A DNA stretch of 64,000 bases, taken from contig MHKS01000005.1 of NCBI GenBank assembly GCA_001818495.1, positions 323,890-387,889 of the forward strand, read 5' to 3'. Under the pieces are notes generated by a model, which was not told where the DNA came from, did no database searches, and saw only the letters and a list, made by a program, of their open reading frames with translations. The position numbers were made by a program, and so were the translations under genes. This document shows positions 1 through 9,486 of the stretch, one piece after another; position 1 is the stretch's first letter; the number at the start of each line of letters is the position of its first letter. The stretch comes from Candidatus Komeilibacteria bacterium RIFOXYD1_FULL_37_29 (lineage in GTDB: Bacteria > Patescibacteriota > Patescibacteriia > UBA1558 > GWA2-36-10).

Positions 1-90
1 GAAGCTTTGGATTATATTGATGAGGTCTCTCAGACCAATCCGGAGTGGGGAGCCAAATTAAAACAATATTGGGGATTAGTAAAAGAGTAG
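1..90 (+). CDS. 3' end of an upstream CDS (partial; ...EALDYIDEVSQTNPEWGAKLKQYWGLVKE*), function unknown
   Basis: Open frame from the window edge to TAG at 88-90; no recognisable family from 29 residues. Confidence 0.3.
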   Translation, partial: EALDYIDEVSQTNPEWGAKLKQYWGLVKE

Positions 91-99
91 TAAATTTTT

Positions 100-2343
100 A
101 TGAATAACAATATAGATCGTTATATAAATAAATTTCTCAAGCTGATTATACCAATTATTTTTTTATTGCCTTTTATAGTAAGTTCAGATTATTATTTTCC
201 TTATATTACACCGAGAAATTTTTTATTTAGAATAATAGTCACTATAATTTTGGCTCTTTATTTATATTTATTTTTTAGAAATAAAGAAAAATATGGTTTT
301 GGAAAAAACAAAGTGATTTTAGCTTATTTCTTCTTGGCGATTATTTTGACGATGGCTAGTATTTTGGGTGGTGATTTTTTGTATAGTTTCTGGAGCAATT
401 ATGAAAGGATGGATGGCTTGGTCACACTTTATTATATTATTGCTTTATTTTTAGTAATTTTGGGTATCTACAGGCACCAGAAAAGCTGGTTGAATTTGTT
501 GAGATTATCCGTCTGGGCAGCTTTTATAATGGGTATTATTGCCCTAGCACAGCATTGGGATATCAATATACTTCTGGAGTCTTCTGGCGGAGATAGAGTG
601 ACTGGTACTTTGGGCAACGCTACTTATTTGGCTGTTTATAGTTTATTTAATTTATTTTTTGCTTTATATCTTTTATTTAAGTATAAAAATCATCGACCGA
701 AATTGGAATTGTGGGCTTTCTATATTTTAGATATTTTTTTAATTATATCAGAAATAGTCAATCCTGGCCGAGGATTTTTGGGGGGTATTTTTTCTGATGT
801 TAGATTGGTCTTATTGTTCATTATTCCGCAAGTATTTATAAATTTGCAGTATTATTTTTATAATATTGGCCAGACTATTCGTTATAGCTGGCCAGCTTAT
901 TTTATCTTGATAATTTTGTTAAATTTTATCGCCTTATTTAATACGCAAACTAGAGGAGTATTGGTTGGTTTGTTTATAGCCGGCGTGGTAGTAGCTATAT
1001 TTTTACTGTTTAGCCACTATGTTAGTAAAAAAGTAAAATACTTTATTGTAGTTGGTTTAACTTTGTTTATTTTATTTACCGGTAGTATTTTTGTTTTTAA
1101 AGATAGCGATTTTATACAAAATAATAGTACCCTGAGGAGAGTGGCAAATATTTCTATAACGGATGCCACTACAGAAACTAGGTTGCTCACTTGGCAGTTG
1201 AGCCTTCGGGGTTTTACGGAAAGACCGATTTTGGGTTGGGGAGTGGAAAATTTTTATTTAGTTTTTAACAAATATTTTCCTAATCAGATTTTTAAAGACG
1301 CTGGTTCAAGAGTATGGTTTGATCGGCCACACAATGTGTTTTTACAATATTTGGTTGATGGCGGTATCTTGGGGCTTTTGGCTTATCTGGCTATATTTAT
1401 TTTTGCTTTACGTAATTTTTGGAAACATTATAAAAAAACTCATGATCCAGTGACTATTAGTATTTTTGGTGGTCTTTTAATTGCTTATTTAGTACAAAAC
1501 TTTTTTGTCTTTGACAGCTTAAATTCCTATATTTTATTAGTAGTATTTTTGGCGGTCAGCATATTTTTGGCTGGCGATTTTGAAACCAATAAAAAATGGC
1601 TGACGTCTAAGTATCTAGCCATACCGTTGGCTTTATTGGTATTGATTTTTGGATTTTATTTAAATATTCCCCAATTGCAAACTAATCGTCAGTTTATTAC
1701 TCGATACACTGATTTACAAAAAGACATTGCTCAGGGTCAATATCGCCGAGCTGATTTGGATAAATTATTGGTGGTGATTGATCAGCAGTATCTTGGTAAA
1801 TTTGAATTGGCGCAGGTTTATTCTGAATTTGTACCAAATTTGGTGCGAGCTCAAATTTTGTCACCGATAGAAACCAAATATTTTATCGACACAGCGGAAG
1901 AAAAAATGCTTCAAAATATCAAAGCCCAGCCGAAAAATGTCCGTCATCATAGTTTTTTGACAAACTTATATTTTAACGCTGCTATGTTAGATCCTGTTTA
2001 TGCTCAAAAGGGCATTGATTTGATAGAAAATCAGGCCTTGGTGCTTAGTCCGACGCGGGTGCAGTTGTATTATGGTTTGGGGCAGTTCTATATAAATTTG
2101 GGAGAAAATGAGCAGGCCATGGCCAATTTTATCAAAGCCAAAGGATTGGCGCCGCGTGTTTTTGACTCCTATTATAATTTAATTATGGCGTCTTTGGCTA
2201 TGGAAGATTTGGATTTGGCCAATGCTTATTTTGAGGAAATGAAACAAAATGTTTCCGTGATAATCAAAGAGAATTATCTGAGCTTATTTATGCTGTACGA
2301 TTATTTTGGCTACAAAGATCAAGCCGCTAAATTACAACAATAA
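100..2343 (+). CDS. Polytopic membrane protein with an O-antigen ligase/Wzy_C-like domain and a C-terminal TPR-like soluble domain
   Basis: More than 10 predicted TM helices; motif GWGVENFYLVFNKYF...RPHNVFLQYLVDGGILGL resembles the O-antigen ligase family signature; C-terminal ~200 aa are helical, repeat-like and TPR-like. Confidence 0.6.
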   Translation: MNNNIDRYINKFLKLIIPIIFLLPFIVSSDYYFPYITPRNFLFRIIVTIILALYLYLFFRNKEKYGFGKNKVILAYFFLAIILTMASILGGDFLYSFWSNYERMDGLVTLYYIIALFLVILGIYRHQKSWLNLLRLSVWAAFIMGIIALAQHWDINILLESSGGDRVTGTLGNATYLAVYSLFNLFFALYLLFKYKNHRPKLELWAFYILDIFLIISEIVNPGRGFLGGIFSDVRLVLLFIIPQVFINLQYYFYNIGQTIRYSWPAYFILIILLNFIALFNTQTRGVLVGLFIAGVVVAIFLLFSHYVSKKVKYFIVVGLTLFILFTGSIFVFKDSDFIQNNSTLRRVANISITDATTETRLLTWQLSLRGFTERPILGWGVENFYLVFNKYFPNQIFKDAGSRVWFDRPHNVFLQYLVDGGILGLLAYLAIFIFALRNFWKHYKKTHDPVTISIFGGLLIAYLVQNFFVFDSLNSYILLVVFLAVSIFLAGDFETNKKWLTSKYLAIPLALLVLIFGFYLNIPQLQTNRQFITRYTDLQKDIAQGQYRRADLDKLLVVIDQQYLGKFELAQVYSEFVPNLVRAQILSPIETKYFIDTAEEKMLQNIKAQPKNVRHHSFLTNLYFNAAMLDPVYAQKGIDLIENQALVLSPTRVQLYYGLGQFYINLGENEQAMANFIKAKGLAPRVFDSYYNLIMASLAMEDLDLANAYFEEMKQNVSVIIKENYLSLFMLYDYFGYKDQAAKLQQ

Positions 2344-2373
2344 AAAAAGACTCTCCTGGCGGAGAGTCTTTTG
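2344..2373. terminator. Bidirectional intrinsic terminator between convergent genes (A-tract, GACTCTCC-TGGC-GGAGAGTC, T-tract)
   Basis: 8-bp perfect stem with a 4-nt loop, flanked by an A-run upstream and TTTTG downstream; lies between the stop of 100..2343 (+) and the stop of 2375..3601 (-). Confidence 0.7.
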
Positions 2374-2374
2374 A

Positions 2375-3601
2375 TTAAAATAATTTTGTATAAAGCTCTT
2401 GGGTTTTTTCTAAGGTATTTTTTAAGTTAAAGTTTTCTTTGATGTTTTGGTAATTTTTTTCTAAAATTTCCGGGTTTATTTCTTTGAAGTTTTTTATAGC
2501 TTTAGCTAAAGCGAGAGCATCGGCTGGGTCAATCAATATCCCAGTCTCATGATCTTTGATGATTTCACCAACACCTCCGACTCGAGTAGCAATAATTGGC
2601 ACCTTGGCTAAGCCGGCTTCTAAAATAGTATAAGGCAGACCTTCTTTGACAGAGGGCAATATAAAAGCTTCAAAAGCGGGTAGGTATTTATAAGCCTCAT
2701 CTTTATCTCCGAGAAAGTGGAAATATTTATCTACCGATGATTCTTTGGCTAAATTTTTTATATTATCCATTTCTGGTCCGTCTCCAATCAGGACAAAATT
2801 ATGGTCTTCTAACAGCGGTGAATTTTCTTGGGCTAGTATTTTTACAGCTTCAATTAAATATGGATAGCCTTTAGTTTTATAAAAGCTGGCAATAGTCCCA
2901 AAGTATTTCTTGCCCTCCGAAGCTTCGGCGTAGGAGGGTTTGCTCAATCCTAGTTTTTCCAAAGCTTCGGCTCGGTCATAAAATTTTATATTATCTATAT
3001 CAATGCCATTGTGGATAGTAAATATTTTTCTAGTCAGAGTTATTTTATTGTCAATGGCACTTTGTTTGTCAGCTTCAGAAACAGTAATTACAGCATTTTG
3101 TATGCTGGTAGAAATTTTTTCAGAAAATTTGTAGAGTTTTTTATTAAACTTTGATAACGGTTCATTAAAAACAAAACCGTGGGCAGTATAGATTAATCTT
3201 AATCGGGTATTCAATAAATTGGCCGAATACATCCGAGCGGCTAGAGATCCCAATAGTCCAGCCTTAGAACTATTGAGGTGTACTAAATCATATTTACCTT
3301 GGTTATAAATTTTTAGTATTTCCATCAGAGTCAGATAGTCTTTTCCCAGATCAATTGACCTGACCAAATATGGTATAGCTATAGCTTTGATCGGGGAATT
3401 TTTTAGCTGATTGGTAAATTTTTCATCTATATCTTTGGCTTCACCATAAGCAATATGGACTTCATTGTCTTTAGAAAAATATTTTGCCAGATCCACTAGG
3501 TATTTTTGAGCCCCACCCCACTTGGTTTGGGTGATAATATAAAGGATTTTCTTGCCTTTTAATTGGTGGATGTTATTATCTTTTTGGCTAATATTAGGCA
3601 T
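2375..3601 (-). CDS. GT4-family glycosyltransferase (GT-B fold)
   Basis: C-terminal motif GDGPEMDN...EGLPYTILEAGLAKVPIIATRVGGVGEIIKDHETGILIDP is typical of GT1/GT4. The ORF track extends to 3703, but the internal Met (MPNISQ..., ATG at ~3601) avoids overlap with the divergent gene and leaves an intergenic promoter region. Confidence 0.75.
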   Translation of the reverse strand: MPNISQKDNNIHQLKGKKILYIITQTKWGGAQKYLVDLAKYFSKDNEVHIAYGEAKDIDEKFTNQLKNSPIKAIAIPYLVRSIDLGKDYLTLMEILKIYNQGKYDLVHLNSSKAGLLGSLAARMYSANLLNTRLRLIYTAHGFVFNEPLSKFNKKLYKFSEKISTSIQNAVITVSEADKQSAIDNKITLTRKIFTIHNGIDIDNIKFYDRAEALEKLGLSKPSYAEASEGKKYFGTIASFYKTKGYPYLIEAVKILAQENSPLLEDHNFVLIGDGPEMDNIKNLAKESSVDKYFHFLGDKDEAYKYLPAFEAFILPSVKEGLPYTILEAGLAKVPIIATRVGGVGEIIKDHETGILIDPADALALAKAIKNFKEINPEILEKNYQNIKENFNLKNTLEKTQELYTKLF

Positions 3602-3609
3602 TTTTAGGA

Positions 3610-3638
3610 TTGATTTATTTGATAAATACTGGTATAAT
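3610..3638 (+). promoter_or_regulatory. Sigma70-like promoter (TTGATT-17-TATAAT) in the divergent intergenic region, driving the + strand GT4 operon
   Basis: Hexamers with a 17-nt spacer read directly; ~50 nt upstream of the ATG at 3690. Confidence 0.4.
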
Positions 3639-3689
3639 TTTATAGTATTTGTAAAGCTAAAGCAAGCTTTTATTAAGCAAATAGCCAAT

Positions 3690-4796
3690 ATGAAGATAGT
3701 CATAGCTCCTGGAGCTTATAAAATTGGTGGACCAGCCACCTATACGCGACTTTTGGTAGAATATCTGCCTTTAAAAAATATTGAAGCGGAAATTTTGAGT
3801 TTTGATCAAGTCAAAGAATTTCCTAAAATAATTAGGCATTTTATTTTTTTTGTTAAAATGTTTATTAAATTATTATCTAGTGATTTAGTATTGGCTCAAG
3901 ATCCAGTTAGTGTCGGGCTCCCTAGCTTAGTAGCTGCTAAGATTCTCAGAAAAAAAATGATTATCCGTTTTGTCGGAGATTATGCCTGGGAGCAGTCTGC
4001 CCAGCGTTTTGGTGTCAAAGATAGTATTGATGTTTTTCAAAATAATAAATATAGTTTTAAAATAGAATTTTTGCGTTGGATTCAGGTTTTTGTTTTAAAT
4101 CATGTGGATAAAATTATTACGCCTAGTATTTATTTTGGTGAACTAGCCAAAAAATTGGTCAATAATAAAGATAAGGTTATAGCTATTTATAACGGTATAG
4201 ATACTAGCTTGCCAGTTTTGGGTCATGAAGAGGCTAGAAAAAAATTGGGTTTAAATAGTGAAGAGATTATTTTATTTTCTGCCGGTCGGCTAGTCAGCTG
4301 GAAGGGCTTTGAATTATTGATAGATCTTTTGCCAGATTTGCTAAAACAAAATAATCGGTATCGATTGATGATAGTCGGCGACGGTCCAGACATGAGTAAA
4401 CTAAGGCAGAAAGTGATGGATCTCAAACTAGAGGGTAAAGTTTATTTAGTGGGGTATTTGGATCGTGAAGATTTATTGGTCAATTTGCAGGCCGCTGATA
4501 TTTTTGTTTTAAATACTGGCTTTGAAAGTTTTTCTTTTCAGGTAGTAGAAGCGATGTATTATAATATTCCGGTTATTACTACCAATGTCTGTAGTTTACC
4601 GGAGGTGATAGCCAATAATAAAGAAGGAATTTTGGTGGATTATAATAATAAAGAACAAATTCGAAAAGCTATAGAAAAATTTTTGGTTGATACTAGTTTT
4701 CGTCAAGAAATAATAAAAAACGCCAAGAAAAAATCAGCGTATTTTTCTATTAAAAAAACGCTGGATAATTTATTTGAGGTATTGAAAAATTTATAA
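3690..4796 (+). CDS. GT4-family glycosyltransferase
   Basis: Start chosen at MKIVIAPG... (the track ORF starts earlier at 3552, overlapping the divergent gene). GDGPDMSKL...EAMYYNIPVITTNVCSLPEVIANNKEGILVD is a GT4 C-terminal signature. Confidence 0.8.
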   Translation: MKIVIAPGAYKIGGPATYTRLLVEYLPLKNIEAEILSFDQVKEFPKIIRHFIFFVKMFIKLLSSDLVLAQDPVSVGLPSLVAAKILRKKMIIRFVGDYAWEQSAQRFGVKDSIDVFQNNKYSFKIEFLRWIQVFVLNHVDKIITPSIYFGELAKKLVNNKDKVIAIYNGIDTSLPVLGHEEARKKLGLNSEEIILFSAGRLVSWKGFELLIDLLPDLLKQNNRYRLMIVGDGPDMSKLRQKVMDLKLEGKVYLVGYLDREDLLVNLQAADIFVLNTGFESFSFQVVEAMYYNIPVITTNVCSLPEVIANNKEGILVDYNNKEQIRKAIEKFLVDTSFRQEIIKNAKKKSAYFSIKKTLDNLFEVLKNL

Positions 4797-4798
4797 TT

Positions 4799-5881
4799 AT
4801 GAAGGTTATAAGTTTAGGTTTGGACCGGACAATATTGAAAGCAGATTCAGCTGTGGCTATAAGGGCTATTTTATTCGGAGAGCTATTGGATAAATATTTT
4901 ATTGTGGTTCCAGCTGAGGAAAAAAGCGTTAAGCTGTCTGATCGAACAGAAGTTTTGGCTGTGGGTGGCTTTAATAAATTTTTTAGCTTATTTAAAATTT
5001 ATCAGTATCTTAAGGCTCATTTAAAAAATAATCATTACCATCTGATGAGTATTCAAGATATTTGTTATTTGGCTTCTGTTGGCATAAATTTGGCACACAA
5101 AGTTGGTTTAAAGGTAGAATTACAGGTTCACGGTCTAGAAAAATTGGCTGGTTTTAGAAAGCTGATAGCTCAGAATAATTTGCGTCAGGCTGATAAAATC
5201 CGTACAGTCAGCGAAAGATTAAAACAAGAGATTATTAGTAAATTTGGAATTGAGCAAGAAAAAATATACATAGTGCCAGTAGCGATTGATAAGGATAAGA
5301 TTTTAAATAGTCAATCGGCTGGCCTAGTCACAGACAAACCAGTAGATAATTTTATATTCTTGACAGTCGCCAGATTGGTGCCAGTCAAAAATATTGCCAT
5401 GCAAATTAGAGCTTTGGCCAGATTAAAAAATAAAAATACGCAATTGATAATAGTTGGTGAAGGAGAGCAGAAAGATGATTTGCTTCACTTAGTTAAGCAG
5501 TTAAAATTATCTGATCGAGTAAATTTTATCGGCTGGTCAGATGATGTTACTTCATATTATCGGAGGGCTGATTGTTTTTTACTTAGTTCAAACAGTGAAG
5601 GATATGGGATGGTTATAGCGGAAGCTGTTTTGTCCGGATTACCGATTATTATGACGGATGTGGGAGTAGCTGGAGAATTGGTTAAAGATAATATAAACGG
5701 TTTAGTAGTCACAGTTGGTGATCAGTCAGCTTTTTCTCAAGCTATGGATAAAATGTCTTCCGAGGATAATTTACGAGAAAAATTTTCCGTTGGCAGTTTA
5801 TCTTTTAAAGATAAGATTTTAGATAAGCCAGAGCTGATTGAGCAGGTAGTTGATAATTGGAGAAAGATATATCATGGCTAA
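4799..5881 (+). CDS. GT4-family glycosyltransferase
   Basis: LIIVGEGEQKDDL...EGYGMVIAEAVLSGLPIIMTDVGVAGELVKDNINGLVV; gap-less operon packing with its neighbours. Confidence 0.75.
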   Translation: MKVISLGLDRTILKADSAVAIRAILFGELLDKYFIVVPAEEKSVKLSDRTEVLAVGGFNKFFSLFKIYQYLKAHLKNNHYHLMSIQDICYLASVGINLAHKVGLKVELQVHGLEKLAGFRKLIAQNNLRQADKIRTVSERLKQEIISKFGIEQEKIYIVPVAIDKDKILNSQSAGLVTDKPVDNFIFLTVARLVPVKNIAMQIRALARLKNKNTQLIIVGEGEQKDDLLHLVKQLKLSDRVNFIGWSDDVTSYYRRADCFLLSSNSEGYGMVIAEAVLSGLPIIMTDVGVAGELVKDNINGLVVTVGDQSAFSQAMDKMSSEDNLREKFSVGSLSFKDKILDKPELIEQVVDNWRKIYHG

Positions 5882-6947
5882 TAATAAAAAACTTTGTTAC
5901 ATCTTGCCGTTTTTTGATCTGGAGACAGACACTCATTATTTTTATTTATATGATTTTATAAAAAGAGTGGCCGATGATTTTGAATTGACTTTGCTGATAG
6001 AAAAAAGTAATTCAGATATAAAGTTTTTTGATAATGTCAAAAATATTAAAGTACAAAAATTTAATAGCGGATTATGGCGAATATTGGAAAATTTTTGGTT
6101 GATATTATTTATTCGCTTGGGTGGTACTAGAGATTTTTATATTCATTATTCACAAATATCAGCTATAAGCGCTTCCCTGATTGCTCGCCTGACTGGTGGA
6201 CGAACTTTTTATTGGAATTGCGGTATGATGTGGCTTTTTGGCGAAAAAAGGCTGTTGGGTCTTATTTTAAAAATGGTCACTTATCTGGTCACGGGAGTTC
6301 AGGCTTTGGTTGACGGCTATAGCCAGCATTATCAGATCACCAAAGATAAAATAAAAATAATGCCCAATTGGGTTGATCTACATAGATTTGAAGATATCCA
6401 AAACGATGAGCTATTGTCCAAATATGCTTTAGAGCCGGGTATTTCTTATGTGCTTTTTGTGCATCGTTTAGCTAAACGCAAAGGAGTACATTATATAGCT
6501 AGTATAGCCAAACAGTTTGCTGGACAGCCGAATATCAAATTTTTGATTGTGGGAGATGGTCCTTATCGTCAGGAGCTGGCACAAGATATCAAAGATTTGA
6601 ATAATGTAATATTATTGGGTAAAATTGCTAATAAGGATATCCCAGGTCTGATGAAAATTTCTAAATTATTTTTTATGCCATCAGAAGAGGAAGGTTTTCC
6701 CAGGGTGCTTTTGGAAGCTATGGCCTCCGGACTGCCTTATGTAGCTTTTGATATTGGTGGAGTACGGGAAATCAGCACCCCAGAACAACAACTATATATT
6801 GTCGATGGTCCAGCTAATATGGCTGTAGCGATTGGTGACATTTTGAAAGATCAGTCAGTATATGATAAGTTACGAGAAGTAAATTTAGTGCAGGTCAGAC
6901 AATTTGATATAATGGTAGTTAAAAATAATTTTAAAGACTTGTTTTAA
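5874..6947 (+). CDS. GT4-family glycosyltransferase
   Basis: Start at MANNKKLCYILPFF; FLIVGDGPYRQEL...EEGFPRVLLEAMASGLPYVAFDIGGVREI. Confidence 0.75.
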   Translation: MANNKKLCYILPFFDLETDTHYFYLYDFIKRVADDFELTLLIEKSNSDIKFFDNVKNIKVQKFNSGLWRILENFWLILFIRLGGTRDFYIHYSQISAISASLIARLTGGRTFYWNCGMMWLFGEKRLLGLILKMVTYLVTGVQALVDGYSQHYQITKDKIKIMPNWVDLHRFEDIQNDELLSKYALEPGISYVLFVHRLAKRKGVHYIASIAKQFAGQPNIKFLIVGDGPYRQELAQDIKDLNNVILLGKIANKDIPGLMKISKLFFMPSEEEGFPRVLLEAMASGLPYVAFDIGGVREISTPEQQLYIVDGPANMAVAIGDILKDQSVYDKLREVNLVQVRQFDIMVVKNNFKDLF

Positions 6948-6952
6948 TAGCT

Positions 6953-8077
6953 ATGGTGGGTAAAAAAATAAAAGTTGTAATTGCCATAAATAATATGATA
7001 ATCGGTGGTGCACAAAAATTGGTTGTTGATCAATTTAAGTGTTTCAATCGGCAGAAATTTGATTATTCTCTTTTGATATTAGAAAAATTTCCTAGTCAGA
7101 AAGATTTTATGGATGAATTGCCCAAAGATATCCCTATTTATCAATTTGATTTTAAAAGTTTCCGAAATTTGGGAGAGTGGTTTAAAATTTTTAAAACTTT
7201 GAGAACTATAAAACCCGATGTGGTCCGCTCTAGTTTGTTTTTGACCAATACGGTGATCAGAGTATTAAAGCCATTTTTGGGTTATCAGGTCATCATTACA
7301 GAAAACAATACTGATGAAAGCAAAGGATTTTTAAAGATTTTGACAGATAAGATATTGTCTTATTGGACTTATAAAATAACCCCGGATTCTCAGACTGTTG
7401 CAGATTTTATTATTAAACAGGAAAATATTAATTATGATAAGTTTTTGACTATCTACAACGGAGTGGATATTAATGAAATAAAAAAGTATTTATCCTCTCT
7501 GCCAAAAAATGATATAAAAAAACACCTTGGTTTGGCCAAAGAAGACAAGGTAGTTTTAAATATCGCTCGGCTGGTTAAACAAAAAAATCATAAGCTACTA
7601 GTAGAAGCATTTGCTGATTTTTCTAAAAAGCATGATGATTATAAATTAGTAATAGTGGGTGACGGGGCGCTACTGCCAGAACTAAAAGAGCAAGCGCAAA
7701 AACAGGGGGTTGGTCATAAGGTATTTTTTCCAGGCGCTACCAAAGATTTGTATCAGTACTATTCTAGCAGTGATTTATTTGTGGTTAGCTCTACTCAAGA
7801 AGGATTTTGTTTGACAGCCGTCATGGCTTTGGCTTTTGGTATACCGGTAGTCGCCACCAAAGTAGCTGGTTTAGTAGAATATATTGAAGACAATTATAAT
7901 GGTCTCCTAACTTCTTATGACTTCAAAGAAATGTCCCAACAGATGTCCAAGCTGGCCAGCTTAGATAATGGAGAGAGGCAAATTTATAAGAAAAATTGCC
8001 AGACGACGGCTGACAATTTTGATATTAAAAAACACGCTCAGGCCTTTGAAGATTTATTTATAGCTAGTTTAAATTAA
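6953..8077 (+). CDS. GT4-family glycosyltransferase
   Basis: N-terminal IGGAQK motif; LVIVGDGALLPELKEQ...EGFCLTAVMALAFGIPVVATKVAGLVEYIEDNYNGLL. Confidence 0.75.
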   Translation: MVGKKIKVVIAINNMIIGGAQKLVVDQFKCFNRQKFDYSLLILEKFPSQKDFMDELPKDIPIYQFDFKSFRNLGEWFKIFKTLRTIKPDVVRSSLFLTNTVIRVLKPFLGYQVIITENNTDESKGFLKILTDKILSYWTYKITPDSQTVADFIIKQENINYDKFLTIYNGVDINEIKKYLSSLPKNDIKKHLGLAKEDKVVLNIARLVKQKNHKLLVEAFADFSKKHDDYKLVIVGDGALLPELKEQAQKQGVGHKVFFPGATKDLYQYYSSSDLFVVSSTQEGFCLTAVMALAFGIPVVATKVAGLVEYIEDNYNGLLTSYDFKEMSQQMSKLASLDNGERQIYKKNCQTTADNFDIKKHAQAFEDLFIASLN

Positions 8078-8080
8078 AAT

Positions 8081-8731
8081 ATGTCAAAAGATTATAATAT
8101 ACAAGTAAAAGCAGATGAGCATTATAAGAGTAAAAAATATGATGATTTAAGTCGTTTTATTTCTTATTATTATCAGATCAATGAAGCTCGTCAGCTAGAG
8201 GTTGAAAATATTTTAGAAATTGGTATCGGTGGCGGTATCGTGGCCGGATATCTAAAAAGCATCGGTAAACAAGTGGTAACTTGTGATTTTGATAAAGATA
8301 CCCAAGCGGATATTATATCAGATGTCAGAAATATAAATGTAGCTGATAAGTCTTTTGATTTAGTCATAGCTTGCCAGATACTGGAGCATATTCCTTTTGT
8401 CGACTTGGCCAAGGGTTTGTCAGAAATCAGACGCGTCAGCAAAAAATACGCGATGATATCACTGCCTTATCGCTCTTCTTATTTTGAAATGGTCATAAAA
8501 TTTCCCTTTAGCCGCACGATATTTAAAAGAGATTTTTTTGATCTAGTGGTTAGAAAATCTGTAAAATTTCCCGGATTTGAAAAATCAGGGCAGCATTATT
8601 GGGAGATAGATCAGAAGAAATATAAATTGGCAGATGTTCGAGCTAAGCTGGAAGATAAATTTAAGATTTTATATGAGTTTAGTCCGGTTTTAAATAAGTA
8701 TCATTATTTTTTTATCCTGGAGGTAAAATAA
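8081..8731 (+). CDS. Class I SAM-dependent methyltransferase
   Basis: Motif I ILEIGIGGGIVAGYL and post-I DLVIACQILEHIP. Confidence 0.6.
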   Translation: MSKDYNIQVKADEHYKSKKYDDLSRFISYYYQINEARQLEVENILEIGIGGGIVAGYLKSIGKQVVTCDFDKDTQADIISDVRNINVADKSFDLVIACQILEHIPFVDLAKGLSEIRRVSKKYAMISLPYRSSYFEMVIKFPFSRTIFKRDFFDLVVRKSVKFPGFEKSGQHYWEIDQKKYKLADVRAKLEDKFKILYEFSPVLNKYHYFFILEVK

Positions 8732-8734
8732 GCC

Positions 8735-9484
8735 ATGTCAGAGAAAAAGTTAGATAATCAATTTGTCAGAGAGACTTATAATAAATTTTTATCCAATTAT
8801 GATAAGGGTTATTCTTATCATCGTTGGTTTAGAGAAGTGATATCCCGCTATCATTATAAGCAAAGTCGTCGCAGTTTTCTTTATGCCTTGCGAGATTCCA
8901 AGTATCAAAAAGCTTTGGAAATAGGTGGAGGAGACGGAGAGTGGACCAAGATTCTTTTAGATTATGCTGAGTCTATAGATTTTTATGATATTTCCGAAGA
9001 AATGATTAAACAAGCTAAAGCTCGCTTGATTGATAAAAAAAATGTCAATTTTATTTTGGGAGATTTTTTGGAAAATAAATTAGCCGATCAGAGTTATGAT
9101 TTTGTCTTGTCTTTTAGATCTTTTGAGTATTTTGATGATCAAGAAAAATTTTTAAAGGAAGTTTACCAACTTTTAAAAAATGGTGGGGAGATGATTCTGG
9201 TGACCAAAAGTCCTCATTATGATTGGACCAAATATTATCAAAGTAAAAAATTGCATTCAGGAATATTGCCCATTAACGATTTAATAGCTTTGTTTAGAAA
9301 ACATGGTTTTGAAATAGAATTGGTCAAACCGGCTATTTTAGGTAAGAAATTGAGCTGGTTAGGGGCTAGGTTTGTTTTTGATATTTTTCATCGTCAGAAT
9401 TATTGGTTTAAATTTAATCTATTGCCTTTGTTTTTACTAAGGTATATAGCGGAAAGTTTTATTATTAAAGTTGTCCGAAAATAA
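8735..9484 (+). CDS. Class I SAM-dependent methyltransferase (Methyltransf_11/12-like)
   Basis: ALEIGGGDGEWTKILL ... DFVLSFRSFEYFDD ... LLKNGGEMIL. Confidence 0.65.
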   Translation: MSEKKLDNQFVRETYNKFLSNYDKGYSYHRWFREVISRYHYKQSRRSFLYALRDSKYQKALEIGGGDGEWTKILLDYAESIDFYDISEEMIKQAKARLIDKKNVNFILGDFLENKLADQSYDFVLSFRSFEYFDDQEKFLKEVYQLLKNGGEMILVTKSPHYDWTKYYQSKKLHSGILPINDLIALFRKHGFEIELVKPAILGKKLSWLGARFVFDIFHRQNYWFKFNLLPLFLLRYIAESFIIKVVRK

Positions 9485-9486
9485 CT

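Noticed and set aside
3552-3703. Mutual 5' overlap of the divergent ORFs 2375..3703 (-) and 3552..4796 (+)
   Set aside because: Both have in-frame internal Met codons (at ~3601 and ~3690) that coincide with the start of GT4 homology, and these leave an 88-bp intergenic region containing a TTGATT-17-TATAAT promoter. The long overlapping extensions are almost certainly not translated.
4223-4426. Short antisense ORFs nested inside confirmed genes (e.g. 4223..4426, 8191..8442, 9693..9989, 11476..11673, 12769..12999, 13406..13591, 14435..14629, 16309..16494, 22856..23140, 24577..24762, 28275..28499, 29172..29366, 30489..30737, 31447..31769, 32287..33012, 33548..34153, 36105..37349, 37557..37859, 41047..41262, 42219..42401, 42806..42991, 44120..44715, 47385..47591, 48519..48766, 49125..49944, 52777..53236, 55254..55460, 58794..59027, 59224..59517, 60108..60518, 63107..63948)
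   Set aside because: All lie antisense or out of frame within much longer ORFs that have clear family signatures. They are low-complexity or composition-driven (AT-rich genome, few stop codons on the antisense strand), lack RBS or start context and have no recognisable domains.
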